Both the position numbers and the translations under genes were made by a program. 64,000 bases of DNA from Candidatus Eiseniibacteriota bacterium (GTDB taxonomy: Bacteria; Eisenbacteria; RBG-16-71-46), in NCBI GenBank assembly GCA_031370785.1, contig JANMQY010000060.1, positions 4,826 through 68,825 of the forward strand, read 5' to 3'. The notes beneath the pieces were generated by a model. The model did not search any database and was not told where the DNA came from. It saw only the letters and a list, made by a program, of their open reading frames with translations. Positions 1 to 9,907 of the stretch are shown here, piece by piece (the first letter of the stretch is position 1; each line of letters begins with the position of its first letter).

Positions 1-748
1 CCCGCATTCCGCGCGCGGCGCGCCGTGATGCCGCGCCTGAGCCACGCCTCTTCCTGGGCCAGCTTCTTGTCGAACAGCTTGTCCTGCTCGCCTTCGACGC
101 GCAGCTCGTCCTCGCGGATCGCGAGGTAGGCGTCGTAGCCCGCGCGGTAGCTGCGGATCGCGCCGCGGTCGAGATCGAGGATGCGCGTGGCAAGGCCGCG
201 CAGGAAGCTGCGATCGTGCGTAACGAAGATCAGCGTGCCGCGCCGGCGGCGCAGCGTGTCCTCGAGCTGGCGGATCGCTTCGATGTCGAGATGGTTGGTC
301 GGCTCATCCAGGATCAGGACTTCGGGGTCGCGAACCAGCGCCGCGGCGAGCAGGACGCGGCGCTTGGATCCGGCCGAGAGCGTCTCGATCGCGACATCGA
401 GCTCGAACGCGAGGTCGTGTGCGACCTGATCGATCCGGGTCTCGATCTCCCACGAGGCCTCGCTGGTCGTCGCGCCGCAGGCGTGGTGCAGGTAGTCGCG
501 AACGCTGCCAGTGAGATCGAGCGGCACTTCCTGCTGCAGGCCCGCGACGCGCAGCCCGGGCTTGCGGAACACCTCGCCCGAATCGGGAGTCAGCGTGCCC
601 GCGAGAATCCTGAGCAGCGTCGACTTGCCGGCGCCGTTGCGGCCGAGGAGCCCGACCCGCTCGCCCTCGTCGATCTGAAGGCCCACCGAGTCGAGCAGTG
701 GGGGCCCGGCGAAGGTGAGGCTCACATTGTTGAGGCCGAGCAGCGCCA
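1..748 (-). CDS. ABC-F family ATP-binding cassette protein, N-terminal part (continues beyond window start)
   Basis: Minus-strand translation gives MALLGLNNVSLTFAGPPLLDSVGLQIDEGERVGLLGRNGAGKST (Walker A), then an LSAGSKRRV signature and an ILDEPTNHLD Walker B. The ATG is near 746-748. The + strand ORF 216..773 is its antisense shadow. Confidence 0.75.
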
Positions 749-991
749 TGGTGCGATGCGTCTCCTTGGGTGAATGCATGGCGGCGGGCGCGCCAGCGTC
801 CGGAACAGCGACTGCGATGCCAGCGGGCGCACGCGCGGGGCGGGAACTATGCCAGAAATGTCGCGAGGATGTTTCGGGTGATTCCTGTCGCGCTTTCGGC
901 CGATGACTCACGGAGCCTGCCGCCCAGCGCCTCGCACCGAGCTGGAACACAGTCCCAGGATCGCTACGAGATTCGACGTGAAGGAGTCAGC

Positions 992-1690
992 GTGACCTTG
1001 ATCCCGCCGCCCAGGCCTGCCGATTCCGCGGGCTCCGTGCCCGATGCGCAGCGCCTGATGGCCACGCTCCGCGCGATCGCCTCCGAGGCGCCGATGATGG
1101 ATGCCGCGCTCTATGGAATCCTGGTCGGCAATGCCGTGACCCTCGCCGGTGCGCTGTTCGAGCACTGGCCAGCGCTTCCCGTCCTCTGGGTCTACTGGGG
1201 CCAGAGCGTGATGATCGGTGTGGTCAACGTCATCCGCATCATGTGTCTCGAGGAGTTCTCGACCGAAGGCTTCACCAGCGGTGGCAAGCCGGTTCCCGAG
1301 ACCAGCAGGGGAAAGGCGAACACCGCCGGCTTCTTCGCCGTGCACTACGGCTTCTTTCATCTCATCTACGCTCTGTTCCTCACCAGGGGAATGCTGGGCG
1401 GCAGGATGTCGGGCTGGATGCCGGCCACGGTGCTGCTCAACGTGGCGATATTCGGCGCGGTCCATGGCTTCCCGCTGTGGAGGACGCATGGCCACGACCT
1501 TCGCTCGAAACGGCCCAACCTGGGCGCGCTGATGTTCTATCCCTACATTCGAATCCTGCCCATGCATCTCACCATCATCCTGGGCTCGGCATTCCCGCAG
1601 GGCGCGCTTCCCCTCTTCATATTGCTCAAGACCGGTTCCGACGTGGCGCTGCACCTCGTCGAGCAGAAGATGTTCCAGACCGCCGAGTGA
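992..1690 (+). CDS. hypothetical polytopic membrane protein
   Basis: AAGGAG (981-986) lies 5 nt before a GTG at 992 in the frame of ORF 770..1690. The product has several hydrophobic helices (LYGILVGNAVTLAGALF, VLWVYWGQSVMIGVV, FFAVHYGFFHLIYALFL). The upstream part of the track ORF is Arg-rich junk. Confidence 0.5.
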   Translation: MTLIPPPRPADSAGSVPDAQRLMATLRAIASEAPMMDAALYGILVGNAVTLAGALFEHWPALPVLWVYWGQSVMIGVVNVIRIMCLEEFSTEGFTSGGKPVPETSRGKANTAGFFAVHYGFFHLIYALFLTRGMLGGRMSGWMPATVLLNVAIFGAVHGFPLWRTHGHDLRSKRPNLGALMFYPYIRILPMHLTIILGSAFPQGALPLFILLKTGSDVALHLVEQKMFQTAE

Positions 1691-1708
1691 GCGCCCGATA
1701 AAGCCATC

Positions 1709-2000
1709 ATGTCGAACTCCCCGTCGCTCTCGCCATTGCTCCTGCCTGCCGGGCTCTCGTCGGCTGGTCCGAGGTCACGCCGCATTCCGCGGAGCCACAG
1801 CGCGACGAGATCTCGCAGTGGACTTCGCTCGAGAGCGCGACCGCCGAGTCGCAGCGCAACGGCAAACCGATCCTCATCGACTTCAACGCCGACTGGTGCC
1901 CGCCGTGCCGGAGGATGAAGCAACAGGTGTTCGAAGATGGCACGCGTGGGCGGGCGGTGCAGACCGCCGTGATCCCGGTCTCGATCGTGGATCGAAGGCG
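1709..2000 (+). pseudogene. thioredoxin-like (DUF255/DsbD-type) gene remnant, frameshifted and 3'-truncated
   Basis: A signal-peptide-like start (MSNSPSLSPLLLPAGLSSAG) sits in frame 2. It continues only in frame 1 as ...EISQWTSLESATAESQRNGKPILIDFNADWCPPCRRMKQQVFEDG...AVIPVSIVDRRREP (WCxxC thioredoxin motif). Frame 1 has no start codon. Similarity ends around 2000, where the 3' end of the converging M13 peptidase gene begins. Confidence 0.4.
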
Positions 2001-2062
2001 CGAGCCTGCGTTGAGGCTGGAACCCGCCCCCGCGCCTACTCAGCCAACCCATTCCGCCCACA

Positions 2063-4135
2063 TCACCAGATCACGACCCTCACGCTGTCGGCGCGCCACA
2101 TCGCGTCGCCGGGCTTCACGTCGAACGCCTTGTAGAACTCGGGGAAGTTCGCGACCGGCCCGTTGACCCGCAGGAACTGGGGCGCGTGCACGTCGGTCAT
2201 GATCTGTTGCGCGAGCGCTTCCGGCCGGCGCTGGCCGAGCCACGAGAGCGCGTAGCCCAGGAAGTAACGCTGATCGGGGGTGAGGCCGTTGATCTTCTCG
2301 CCCTTCTTCCACTGCTCGGTCTTCTTGAACGCTTCGTAGCCGAGCCTCACGCCGCCCAGGTCGGCGATGTTCTCGCCGAGGGTCGCGCGGCCTCGAACGT
2401 GCTTGTCGCCCACGACGTACTGATCGAACTGATCCACCAGCTTCTGCGCGCGCCCGCTGAACTGGACCGAGTCCTGTTCGGTCCACCATGGATTCATGTT
2501 GCCCTTCTCGTCGAACTGGCGACCTTCGTCATCGAACCCGTGCGTGATCTCGTGCCCGATGGTCGAGCCTCCGGCGTAGGAGTAGAGCACTGCGTCGTCG
2601 ACCAGTGAGTCGGGCACGCCGGGAAGCATGAAGGCGGCGGCGGGAAGCACGATCTCGACCTTGGACCCGTCGTAGTATGCGTTGTAGGTCTGCGGCGTCA
2701 TGTACCACTCGGTGCGATCGATCGGCTTCCCGAGCTTCGCGGCCTCGTGGCGGAACCACCACTCGTCGATCCGGACCCGATTCGCGGCGAACGAGCTGCG
2801 ATCGATCCGGAGCGCCGAGTAGTCGCGCCAGCGATCAGGGTAGGCGACCTTCCGGGCCACCCTGTCGAGCTTGGCCAGCGCCCGCTGCCGGGTCGTCTCG
2901 CTCATCCACGGCAGCGTGCGGATCCGATCGCGGTACACGCTGATGATGTTCTCGGTCAGCTTCTCGTAGCGCGCCTTGGTCGCGGGCGAGCAGTACCTGC
3001 TGACCCAGACCGCGCCCATCAGCTCGCCGATGCCGTCCTCTTCGGCATCGAGGACGCGCTTCCACCGTGGCCTCTGCTCCTTGGTGCCCGACATCACGGT
3101 GCCGTAGAAGCGGAAGTTCTCGCGATCGAAGGGCCGGCTGAGACTGGGCGCGAGAGTGTTGACCACGTTCCAGCGCAGATAGGTCTTCCAGTCGCCGAGC
3201 GGCACCGCGGTGAGGCTCGAATCCACCTGCAAGAAGAACTCGGGCTGCGCCACGATCACGGTGTCGACGGCGGCGATTCCCATCGCCGCGAATTGCCGCT
3301 TCCAGTCGATCGCGGGCGTGAGCGAGGCGAGCTGGCCGAGCGACATCTTGTTGTAGTTGGCCCACGGATCGCGCCGCTCCTCCAGAGTGCGCGAGCGCTT
3401 GGCGAGCCTGGTCTCGATGCGAACGATGGTCGCGCTCGAGCGGCGTGCGGTCGCGGCGTCCTCGCCGAGCAGATGGAACATCGCCGCCACGTGCTTCGCG
3501 TATTCGGCGCGAATGTGCTTCGTGGTCGAGTCGATGTTGAAGTAGTAGTCCCGATCGGGCAGTCGCAGTCCGCCCTGGTACAGATGGACCATGTACTGGT
3601 CGCTGTTGCGCTCGTCCTGACCGACGTACACCGAGTAGAGCGGCCGGAATCCCAGCACCTGAAATCGGGCGACGGTACCGAGTAGATCCTCGCGGGTGCG
3701 GATCGCGGCGATCTGATCGAGAGATGGCTTCAGTGGCGCGGCTCCCTGACGTTCGATTGTCACCGAGTCGAGGCCCGTCGCCCAGAAGTCCCCGACCTTC
3801 TGCTCGCTGGTTCCGCGGGCTGCGCCGGACCTTGCGGACGACTCACAGATCCCGGTGAGTTGCCGATAGACCTCCTCGCGCACGAGGTTCGCGATCCCCC
3901 AGCCGCGCTCCGCCGGGGGGATTGGATTCTGTTTCAGCCATCGCCCGTTGGCGTACTGGAAGAAATCCGTTCCGGGGCTGGTCGACGGATCCATGTTCAG
4001 CACGAGTGGATCCTTGTCGCGCGGGAGTGAAGGTTGGTCGTCCGCGGCGCGGAGCAGAGCCGGGATCGCGACGAGCAGGCTCACTGCCACGACTACGAGA
4101 ATCGACGATCGGTTCGAGGTCGAGTGCCGGGTCAC
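2063..4135 (-). CDS. M13 family zinc metallopeptidase (neprilysin/PepO-like), secreted
   Basis: Carries HEITHGFDDEG (HEXXH), ENIADLGG and NAYY motifs. The signal peptide MTRHSTSNRSSILVVVAVSLLVAIPALLRAADD begins at a GTG at 4135, with AGGAAAGGA upstream. The track ORF was extended to an upstream TTG. Confidence 0.85.
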   Translation of the reverse strand: MTRHSTSNRSSILVVVAVSLLVAIPALLRAADDQPSLPRDKDPLVLNMDPSTSPGTDFFQYANGRWLKQNPIPPAERGWGIANLVREEVYRQLTGICESSARSGAARGTSEQKVGDFWATGLDSVTIERQGAAPLKPSLDQIAAIRTREDLLGTVARFQVLGFRPLYSVYVGQDERNSDQYMVHLYQGGLRLPDRDYYFNIDSTTKHIRAEYAKHVAAMFHLLGEDAATARRSSATIVRIETRLAKRSRTLEERRDPWANYNKMSLGQLASLTPAIDWKRQFAAMGIAAVDTVIVAQPEFFLQVDSSLTAVPLGDWKTYLRWNVVNTLAPSLSRPFDRENFRFYGTVMSGTKEQRPRWKRVLDAEEDGIGELMGAVWVSRYCSPATKARYEKLTENIISVYRDRIRTLPWMSETTRQRALAKLDRVARKVAYPDRWRDYSALRIDRSSFAANRVRIDEWWFRHEAAKLGKPIDRTEWYMTPQTYNAYYDGSKVEIVLPAAAFMLPGVPDSLVDDAVLYSYAGGSTIGHEITHGFDDEGRQFDEKGNMNPWWTEQDSVQFSGRAQKLVDQFDQYVVGDKHVRGRATLGENIADLGGVRLGYEAFKKTEQWKKGEKINGLTPDQRYFLGYALSWLGQRRPEALAQQIMTDVHAPQFLRVNGPVANFPEFYKAFDVKPGDAMWRADSVRVVIW

Positions 4136-4479
4136 GGGCAATCCTTTCCTGTGGAGTAGTAAAGGAGCGAGGGCGGCAGAATAGGGCGGAGGCGCGCCGA
4201 AGACCAAATGGCGGCGTTCTAGAGGGCAGAACTCGAGTCACGTCTGGTTCTGCTCGTGATCTCGGCGGAGCGGCTCGGGTCCTAGCGCAACATCACGACT
4301 CGCGCGGTCAGCGCCCGCGTGCCGGACGGGTTCGAGACCACCGCGCGGGCAATCATGGAGTTTCGAGCCCTCCAGAAGCCGACAGTCAGAGGCTCAAGAG
4401 TCCCGATTCCGGTGCCGATAACGGACCGCGGTGGCCGAAGACCGGCTGTCCGCAGACCCGTACCGAGGAGGAATCCCAA

Positions 4480-5058
4480 ATGTCCGCCTTCGACAATGAA
4501 AGCATGGAATACGCAGAGTTGATGGCCCGCCGTCGCGAGGCGGAACGCACCTGGCAGATCTGCTGGACCGCCTCCGGCCTGATTGCCGGGGTGTTGCTGT
4601 CCTGGGCGATCGCCGCCCGCAGCTCCGGGTTGATGCTCCCGGTGATTCTCGCGGTGGCCTACGGTTTTTACGTCATGAATCACGCACGCAAGCAGGTCCT
4701 GATGATTGGTGGCTACGTCGAGGAGTTCTTCGAGAACCGCTCGAACGGGCCGCAGTGGTTCTCGCGCGTCGCCCGCACGAGGTCGGTCGCTGGCTTCAGT
4801 CCGATGAGCGGCTTCTTCTTCACCCTTCTGTCGGACGTGGCAGTGGCTCTCGCCGTGATTTTTGCGTGGATGTTCGCCCCGACAGCTCCGCGCGGCGAAC
4901 TGATGGCGGGCATCGTTACGGGATTCGGCGTGACGTTCGTATTCCACTCCCTGTTCGAGACCGCACAGCTGCAGCAGATTGACTTCGCCGCATTCTGGCG
5001 TCAGGCGAACAGCGGCCCGACGGCCGTCAAGCAAAGCAGCCGGGTCGCGAGCCGCTAA
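4480..5058 (+). CDS. hypothetical 4-TM membrane protein
   Basis: ATG at 4480 is preceded by GAGGAGG. The product MSAFDNESMEYAELMARRREAERTWQICWTASGLIAGVLLSWAIA... has four hydrophobic segments. The upstream 186 codons of the track ORF are Arg/Gly-rich noise. Confidence 0.55.
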   Translation: MSAFDNESMEYAELMARRREAERTWQICWTASGLIAGVLLSWAIAARSSGLMLPVILAVAYGFYVMNHARKQVLMIGGYVEEFFENRSNGPQWFSRVARTRSVAGFSPMSGFFFTLLSDVAVALAVIFAWMFAPTAPRGELMAGIVTGFGVTFVFHSLFETAQLQQIDFAAFWRQANSGPTAVKQSSRVASR

Positions 5059-5072
5059 AACGCGCGAACTCG

Positions 5073-5112
5073 AAGCCCCCGGGGGTCACGCCTCCGGGGG
5101 CTTTCGGCTTTT
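5073..5112 (+). terminator. rho-independent terminator candidate
   Basis: A 10-bp stem (AAGCCCCCGG / CCGGGGGCTT) with an 11-nt loop is followed by TCGGCTTTT, just downstream of the 5058 stop. Confidence 0.5.
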
Positions 5113-5183
5113 CAGGTCGAGGGCGCGACCGGCGCGGGGGAGGTGCCCCGCGCCGGTTCGTGATGCCACGAATGCGTTCGTGC

Positions 5184-6560
5184 CTAGCGTCCGTCTGGCC
5201 TCACGACGGCCATGCCGAGATCCACATCGTCCACATGGTCCAGGCGCAGCAGATCCCCGCGCAGCGACTGCCAGCCGCCGGCGAGCGCCGCGAACGCAAG
5301 ATCCTCGGTCGGGGGCAGGTCCTGAAGGAAAACGAACGCCGCCCCGGCCATGAAGCGCGGCAGGACATTGCGATCGTAGTGGCCCGAATCGCGCGTCGAG
5401 CGACGCGCGTCCAGCACCTGCTGAACCGTCGTCCCCTCGCCGCACACGTCCCTCCAGCGCGTCTCGATCTCTTTCACGCGGTCGGGCTGCGCCGCGCGCA
5501 CGATGTCGGAGACCAGCGCGTAGGCATCGAGCTCGCCTTCGGGCGTGTACGAGGTCCACACCACGCGCGCGCTGGTCGAGCGCTGCGTGTTCTGGTGGGC
5601 GAGTGTCGCGCCTTCCCTGGTCGCGATCACTTCATACTCCACATCCACGGTCACGGTGCGCACGCGCGCGACCAGTTCGACCGGCACGGACACCCAGCGC
5701 GTGACCCGTTCTCCCGCCGCATCCTTCTCGACGATGCGGCGCGCGATCACATCGGTGAAGAGGTGCAGCCTGGTGTGCGCTTCGACGTTTCCGATCGAGC
5801 CCCACACCACGCGCTCGGCGCCGGCCTTGCGGGCGAACCGGATCGCGTCTTCGCGAGAGAGGCGTCCGAGCTGCGAGACGGTCATCTGCTGCTCGATGGC
5901 CGCGCTGCCAAGGATGCGCGTGAAATGGCAGTCCGGCGGACTCATGCCCTGCGCCAGGTGGTCACGCCACTCGGCGGCCACGTCGCGCCCGAGCGAAACG
6001 CTCGAGGAACCGGAGGAGAACGGCACGACCGCGACCCGGGTCAGCGCCTTCTCGTAGGCTTTGTCCGCGAGCTTGGCCGCGTCCCGATAGTCGGGCACGA
6101 AGCGCCGGGAATCCGAGAACTGAAGGTAGGCGCGCTTGGGCCGGCGCGCGGTGAGATCCGTGACGCCGCGCTGATAGTAGGTGCGCGCGGCGGTCTGGCG
6201 GAGCGCCTGCTCCTCCTGCGACCACTCGGGGCTCACCGAGATCGCGGCGTAGCGGAAGGCGTCCATCCGGAACGCCGTGAGCGCAAGCACCTGCTCGGCG
6301 GCCGCGAGGCTGTCGGACAGGGTCAGCGAATGAATGCGCTGCTCCCAGTTCCGGGCCATGGCGTTGCCGGCCGCGGTGGCCGCAGCGCGTGCACGCGCGT
6401 TGCCGGGATCCTTGTTGAGTGCGCGCGTGGCGAGTTCCCAGGCGCGGCCGTTCTCGCCACCGGCGAGCTTCTCTTCGCTCTTCTGTGCGAGCTTTGCGGG
6501 TCCAGCACATCCGAGCAGGACCAGAAGCGCCAGGGCGGCCGGCGTAATTCGACGGAGCAT
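5184..6560 (-). CDS. hypothetical lipoprotein
   Basis: Internal start MLRRITPAALALLVLLGCAGP carries a lipobox (LLGC). A G-rich SD (AAAGGGGG) lies upstream of its ATG. The product is 458 aa with no recognisable catalytic motif. Confidence 0.6.
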   Translation of the reverse strand: MLRRITPAALALLVLLGCAGPAKLAQKSEEKLAGGENGRAWELATRALNKDPGNARARAAATAAGNAMARNWEQRIHSLTLSDSLAAAEQVLALTAFRMDAFRYAAISVSPEWSQEEQALRQTAARTYYQRGVTDLTARRPKRAYLQFSDSRRFVPDYRDAAKLADKAYEKALTRVAVVPFSSGSSSVSLGRDVAAEWRDHLAQGMSPPDCHFTRILGSAAIEQQMTVSQLGRLSREDAIRFARKAGAERVVWGSIGNVEAHTRLHLFTDVIARRIVEKDAAGERVTRWVSVPVELVARVRTVTVDVEYEVIATREGATLAHQNTQRSTSARVVWTSYTPEGELDAYALVSDIVRAAQPDRVKEIETRWRDVCGEGTTVQQVLDARRSTRDSGHYDRNVLPRFMAGAAFVFLQDLPPTEDLAFAALAGGWQSLRGDLLRLDHVDDVDLGMAVVRPDGR

Positions 6561-6727
6561 GGGAAGGCCCCCTTTCGTTCGCGTGTTATCGGCCTGGCAG
6601 GAATGGGACTTGAGAGTGAGACCCGGAACCTCCGGAAGTGGTCCAGGGCCGCGCTCAAAGACCGCGCAGCGCGGAACCGGTGCCCGGGTTCCGCGCTGCA
6701 CTCGCAACCATTCGCAACCAGCTCGCT

Positions 6728-9406
6728 TCAGGCCGCCTGCGCCCCGTTTTCCTCGCTGTCGACACCGTCTCCGCCCCGAACGAGGGCGACGGCACTGCGG
6801 ACGTTCGACGTCACGTCCCGCTCCTCCTTCAGGCCCTGGATGACGGACTCCGCCTGCTTCAGCATGGAGCGGAGCGAACGGGTCTTCTCGACCGCCTGGT
6901 CGATGAGGACCTTCTGTCCTTGCAGCGTTTCGATACTGGAGTGCATGTCGGCGAGCAGTGCATCCGCTCGGGCTAGGCGCTCCTCCGCCTTGTTCATCTG
7001 ACGAGTGCGCTCGTCGAGCTTGCTCGAAGTGTCCTGCACCTCGACAAGCCGATCCATCACTTCGTGCAGCATCGTGCGACTCTGCTCGACATCTGCCCGG
7101 GCCGCGTTGATCTCCCGGATCTCGCTCGCGGTCTTCTCGGCCATCGAGAACATGCGGTCGAGATCGGCCTGTATGGCGTCGAGCGTGCCCTGACGTGCGC
7201 AGATCTGCTCCAGCGACCTGGCCACATCAGGCTCGACCGCATCCCAGCGCGCCAGGCGCTCTTCAAACGTATCCAGCCTGCCCGAGACGGAATGCAGATC
7301 GCTGGCGCGCTCCTCGAGCTGTGCGGCGAGCGCTCCGATCTGCTGCGTGCGCTCGTCGGCGGTCGCGAGCGAACCGGTCAGCCGCTTGGTCAGCTCGCCG
7401 AGTTTCTGTGCTGATGCAGCCGCCTCCTGGCGCAGCTCCGTCGCCCGTTCGAGATCCTTGGCGGTCTCCGCGAGCGCGTGCTGCCGGTGATCGAGATCCT
7501 GCTTGAGGGTTCGAGTCTTCTCGGCCAGCTCCGCGACCGACTCGCATCGCGCCTCGATTGCCTCGACCGCCTTGGCCGTCTTGTCGGTTCTGGCACGCGA
7601 GTCGCTGACGCCGGATGCGATCGACGCGATCGTCCTGCTCATGCGGTCGGCCTCTTCCGAATGCGACGACAGTGCGACGAAGCGCTGCTCGGCGGCCTCC
7701 ATGCGGGACTGCAGATCGCGACTGCGCTCGTCCAGCCTCGAACTGAGCGCGCCTTGCTCCGCCAGTCGGCGGTTCAGGTCCTCCACGAACTCCCGCCGCG
7801 ACTCGATGACGGTGATGAAGTCGTGCACACGCTGCGCTTGCTTCTGCACGATTTCGATGGTCGGGGCCATGCCCTTCACGTCACTGATCTGCTGGCCGAC
7901 TTCGCCGACAGACTGCTCGACGCTCGACAGCCAGGTGCGTGTCTCGGACTGGCTCTCGAATACCCGGACAATCTCGCCGTTGGCCACCTGCATCTGCTCG
8001 AGCGCGTCCTTCACCATCGCGTGGGCGTGGGCCAGCCGCTCCAGGTCTCGGACTGCGGCCTCGACTGCCGGCCGCGCGGCCTCGATCTGTGCGACCTTCG
8101 CCGCGGACTCGTGGGCAGCCCTGCCCATTTCGTCCAGATCCCGGCGTACGCCTTTTGCCTTTGCGATCTCTTCGTCGATGTGTCCGATCTCGTCCGAGAA
8201 CGTGCTCAGGCTGGCCGACAGTGCCTGCGTCCGCGACTGGAGCTCTCCGACGTTCCGGCTCGTCTCGCTCAGGGACTTGAAACGGTTCTCGAAATCCACG
8301 AGCGCGCCACGCAGGTCCGCAACGCGCTGGCTGACCGATTCGAGGCCCCGGTTCTCGAAGTCGAACCGCTCGATCGACTTCCTGGTCTCGTCCTGCATCG
8401 TCGCCAGGTCGTGACGCGTCGCCCGAGTCTGTTCGCCTGCCTCGTGCTGAAGCTGGGTGATCTCCTCGGAACGTTCGAGCACCGAATCATGCAGCGACCG
8501 AAGCGTGGAGACATCCCTTTGCATTGCCTTGAGCGCCTTCTCGTTGTCCTGTTGCTGGGCGACGCCGGCATTGACCTGCTTCATGGCGTGCTCGAGCTGG
8601 TCCGCCCGGGCGAGCGCAGCCTCGATGGCGTCGCGCTGCGATTCGAGCGCCGCGCTCTTCTGTGCGACGAATTCTCCAAGCGCCTTCAGGGTTCCAAGCT
8701 CCCGCTTGACGCTGTCTACTGAGCTCTGGACGCCATCCATCGCACGGATGGAGTGCTCGACGCTGCCCACCCGACGTTCCTTGTCCTGCAGATCGCGGCT
8801 GAACTCCTCGCGACGCCGGTCCAGCGCTTCCATCTTGGACATCCCGAGCTTGTGGGCGTCGAGGAGCCGGTCATGCTGCGCTCCGAGGCGGGCAAGCTGA
8901 TCGCGCGTTCCGTCGACCTGACCGCGGAGCGCCTCGGCGTCGCCGCGCAATTCCTGTAGTGGCTTGTCCACCTCGAGGAATCCCTCGAGCTGCTCCTTCA
9001 GCTTCAAGGCCGAGTCCACCCGTTGGCCGAGCTCTTCGAACATCGCGCGGACCCGCCCGGCATTTTCGAGCGAGTCAGCGATCTGCGCTTCCATGTGCTG
9101 ATGGCCGTCCGCGACCGCCTGAGTGCGCTCCTCCAGGGACTGCAGCCGAGTCGACAGCTGCGCCATCGCCTCGAAGCGTTCCTCCAGTTTGCCGAGGCCT
9201 TCGGATACGCTGCCCACCCCGCTCTGCGCGATCGCGATGGGATCCTCGAGCTCGCGCAGGCGATCCGCCGCCGTCCGCGCGCGCTCGATGAGCGCCTCGC
9301 TGCGGGTGCGCTCCTGCCGCATCTCCTCAGCGACCGCGCGCATCTCCTCGATGAGCTGCTGATCCTTGGAACCATTTCCGAGCAGACTCTTGAGCATGGG
9401 AACCAT
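6728..9406 (-). CDS. large (about 892 aa) all-coiled-coil protein, hypothetical
   Basis: The start MVPMLKSLLGNGSKDQQLIEEM is preceded by AAGGAGGG. The whole product is heptad-like E/R/Q/L/A-rich sequence with no Walker motifs or TM segments. The N-terminal 110 codons of the track ORF are unlikely to be translated. Confidence 0.65.
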   Translation of the reverse strand: MVPMLKSLLGNGSKDQQLIEEMRAVAEEMRQERTRSEALIERARTAADRLRELEDPIAIAQSGVGSVSEGLGKLEERFEAMAQLSTRLQSLEERTQAVADGHQHMEAQIADSLENAGRVRAMFEELGQRVDSALKLKEQLEGFLEVDKPLQELRGDAEALRGQVDGTRDQLARLGAQHDRLLDAHKLGMSKMEALDRRREEFSRDLQDKERRVGSVEHSIRAMDGVQSSVDSVKRELGTLKALGEFVAQKSAALESQRDAIEAALARADQLEHAMKQVNAGVAQQQDNEKALKAMQRDVSTLRSLHDSVLERSEEITQLQHEAGEQTRATRHDLATMQDETRKSIERFDFENRGLESVSQRVADLRGALVDFENRFKSLSETSRNVGELQSRTQALSASLSTFSDEIGHIDEEIAKAKGVRRDLDEMGRAAHESAAKVAQIEAARPAVEAAVRDLERLAHAHAMVKDALEQMQVANGEIVRVFESQSETRTWLSSVEQSVGEVGQQISDVKGMAPTIEIVQKQAQRVHDFITVIESRREFVEDLNRRLAEQGALSSRLDERSRDLQSRMEAAEQRFVALSSHSEEADRMSRTIASIASGVSDSRARTDKTAKAVEAIEARCESVAELAEKTRTLKQDLDHRQHALAETAKDLERATELRQEAAASAQKLGELTKRLTGSLATADERTQQIGALAAQLEERASDLHSVSGRLDTFEERLARWDAVEPDVARSLEQICARQGTLDAIQADLDRMFSMAEKTASEIREINAARADVEQSRTMLHEVMDRLVEVQDTSSKLDERTRQMNKAEERLARADALLADMHSSIETLQGQKVLIDQAVEKTRSLRSMLKQAESVIQGLKEERDVTSNVRSAVALVRGGDGVDSEENGAQAA

Positions 9407-9907
9407 GGAACCCTCCTTCGAAAGCGCCGAGCACCGGACCCGATCCGGACGACTGCGTTCACTGGGCGAATGGGGACTCGTTTCTCCGCGTGTCGGCCGA
9501 GACCTGGGGGAGAGGTCGGACGCGGTGCGTATTGGTCCCCGAGGCAAGACCCGCGCCGAGTCGGGACCAATGCTCACGCGCAGATCTGCCAATTGACGTG
9601 AGCGCAGGGAATACGCGTCATCAGGAACCGCACGGGCCGGGTATGGAAGGAGCCCTCTCGTCGACGGACCGCCCAACAAGTGACCGGAATCCGGTTGCGC
9701 CGGGCCACGTCCGAGCCAAGCCATGCGAAGCCGCACGGGAGAGGGCCCCCAAAGGCTGCGTCCGTCAGGCGCCAGGCCGCGTTCGTGCGGCCGTCGACCG
9801 CAGCCGGGGAATCATGAGCCACTCTGCCACCCGCCAAGGCCGGCCCGCGCGGACCCCCGCGCCAACGACGGCCGCCTTCGAACCGCCTTCCGCCCAGGAG
9901 CCCTCTC

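Noticed and set aside
216-773. 185-aa plus-strand ORF (MRNEDQRAAPAAQRVLELADRF...)
   Set aside because: It is an antisense shadow of the minus-strand ABC-F ATPase. The opposite strand shows clean Walker A, signature and Walker B motifs, and at this GC content the antisense frame stays open.
908-1654. 248-aa minus-strand ORF overlapping the 992..1690 membrane protein gene
   Set aside because: It is Arg/His/Gly-rich with no motif. It lies opposite a frame that has a strong SD and hydrophobic helices. The same logic was applied to many other track ORFs (for example 2186..2608, 2747..3685, 5160..7001, 7478..8722, 18190..18774, 24727..25590, 28091..29848, 28393..30183, 38569..39522, 47029..48861, 48900..50693, 50700..51998, 51565..53160), all judged to be shadows.
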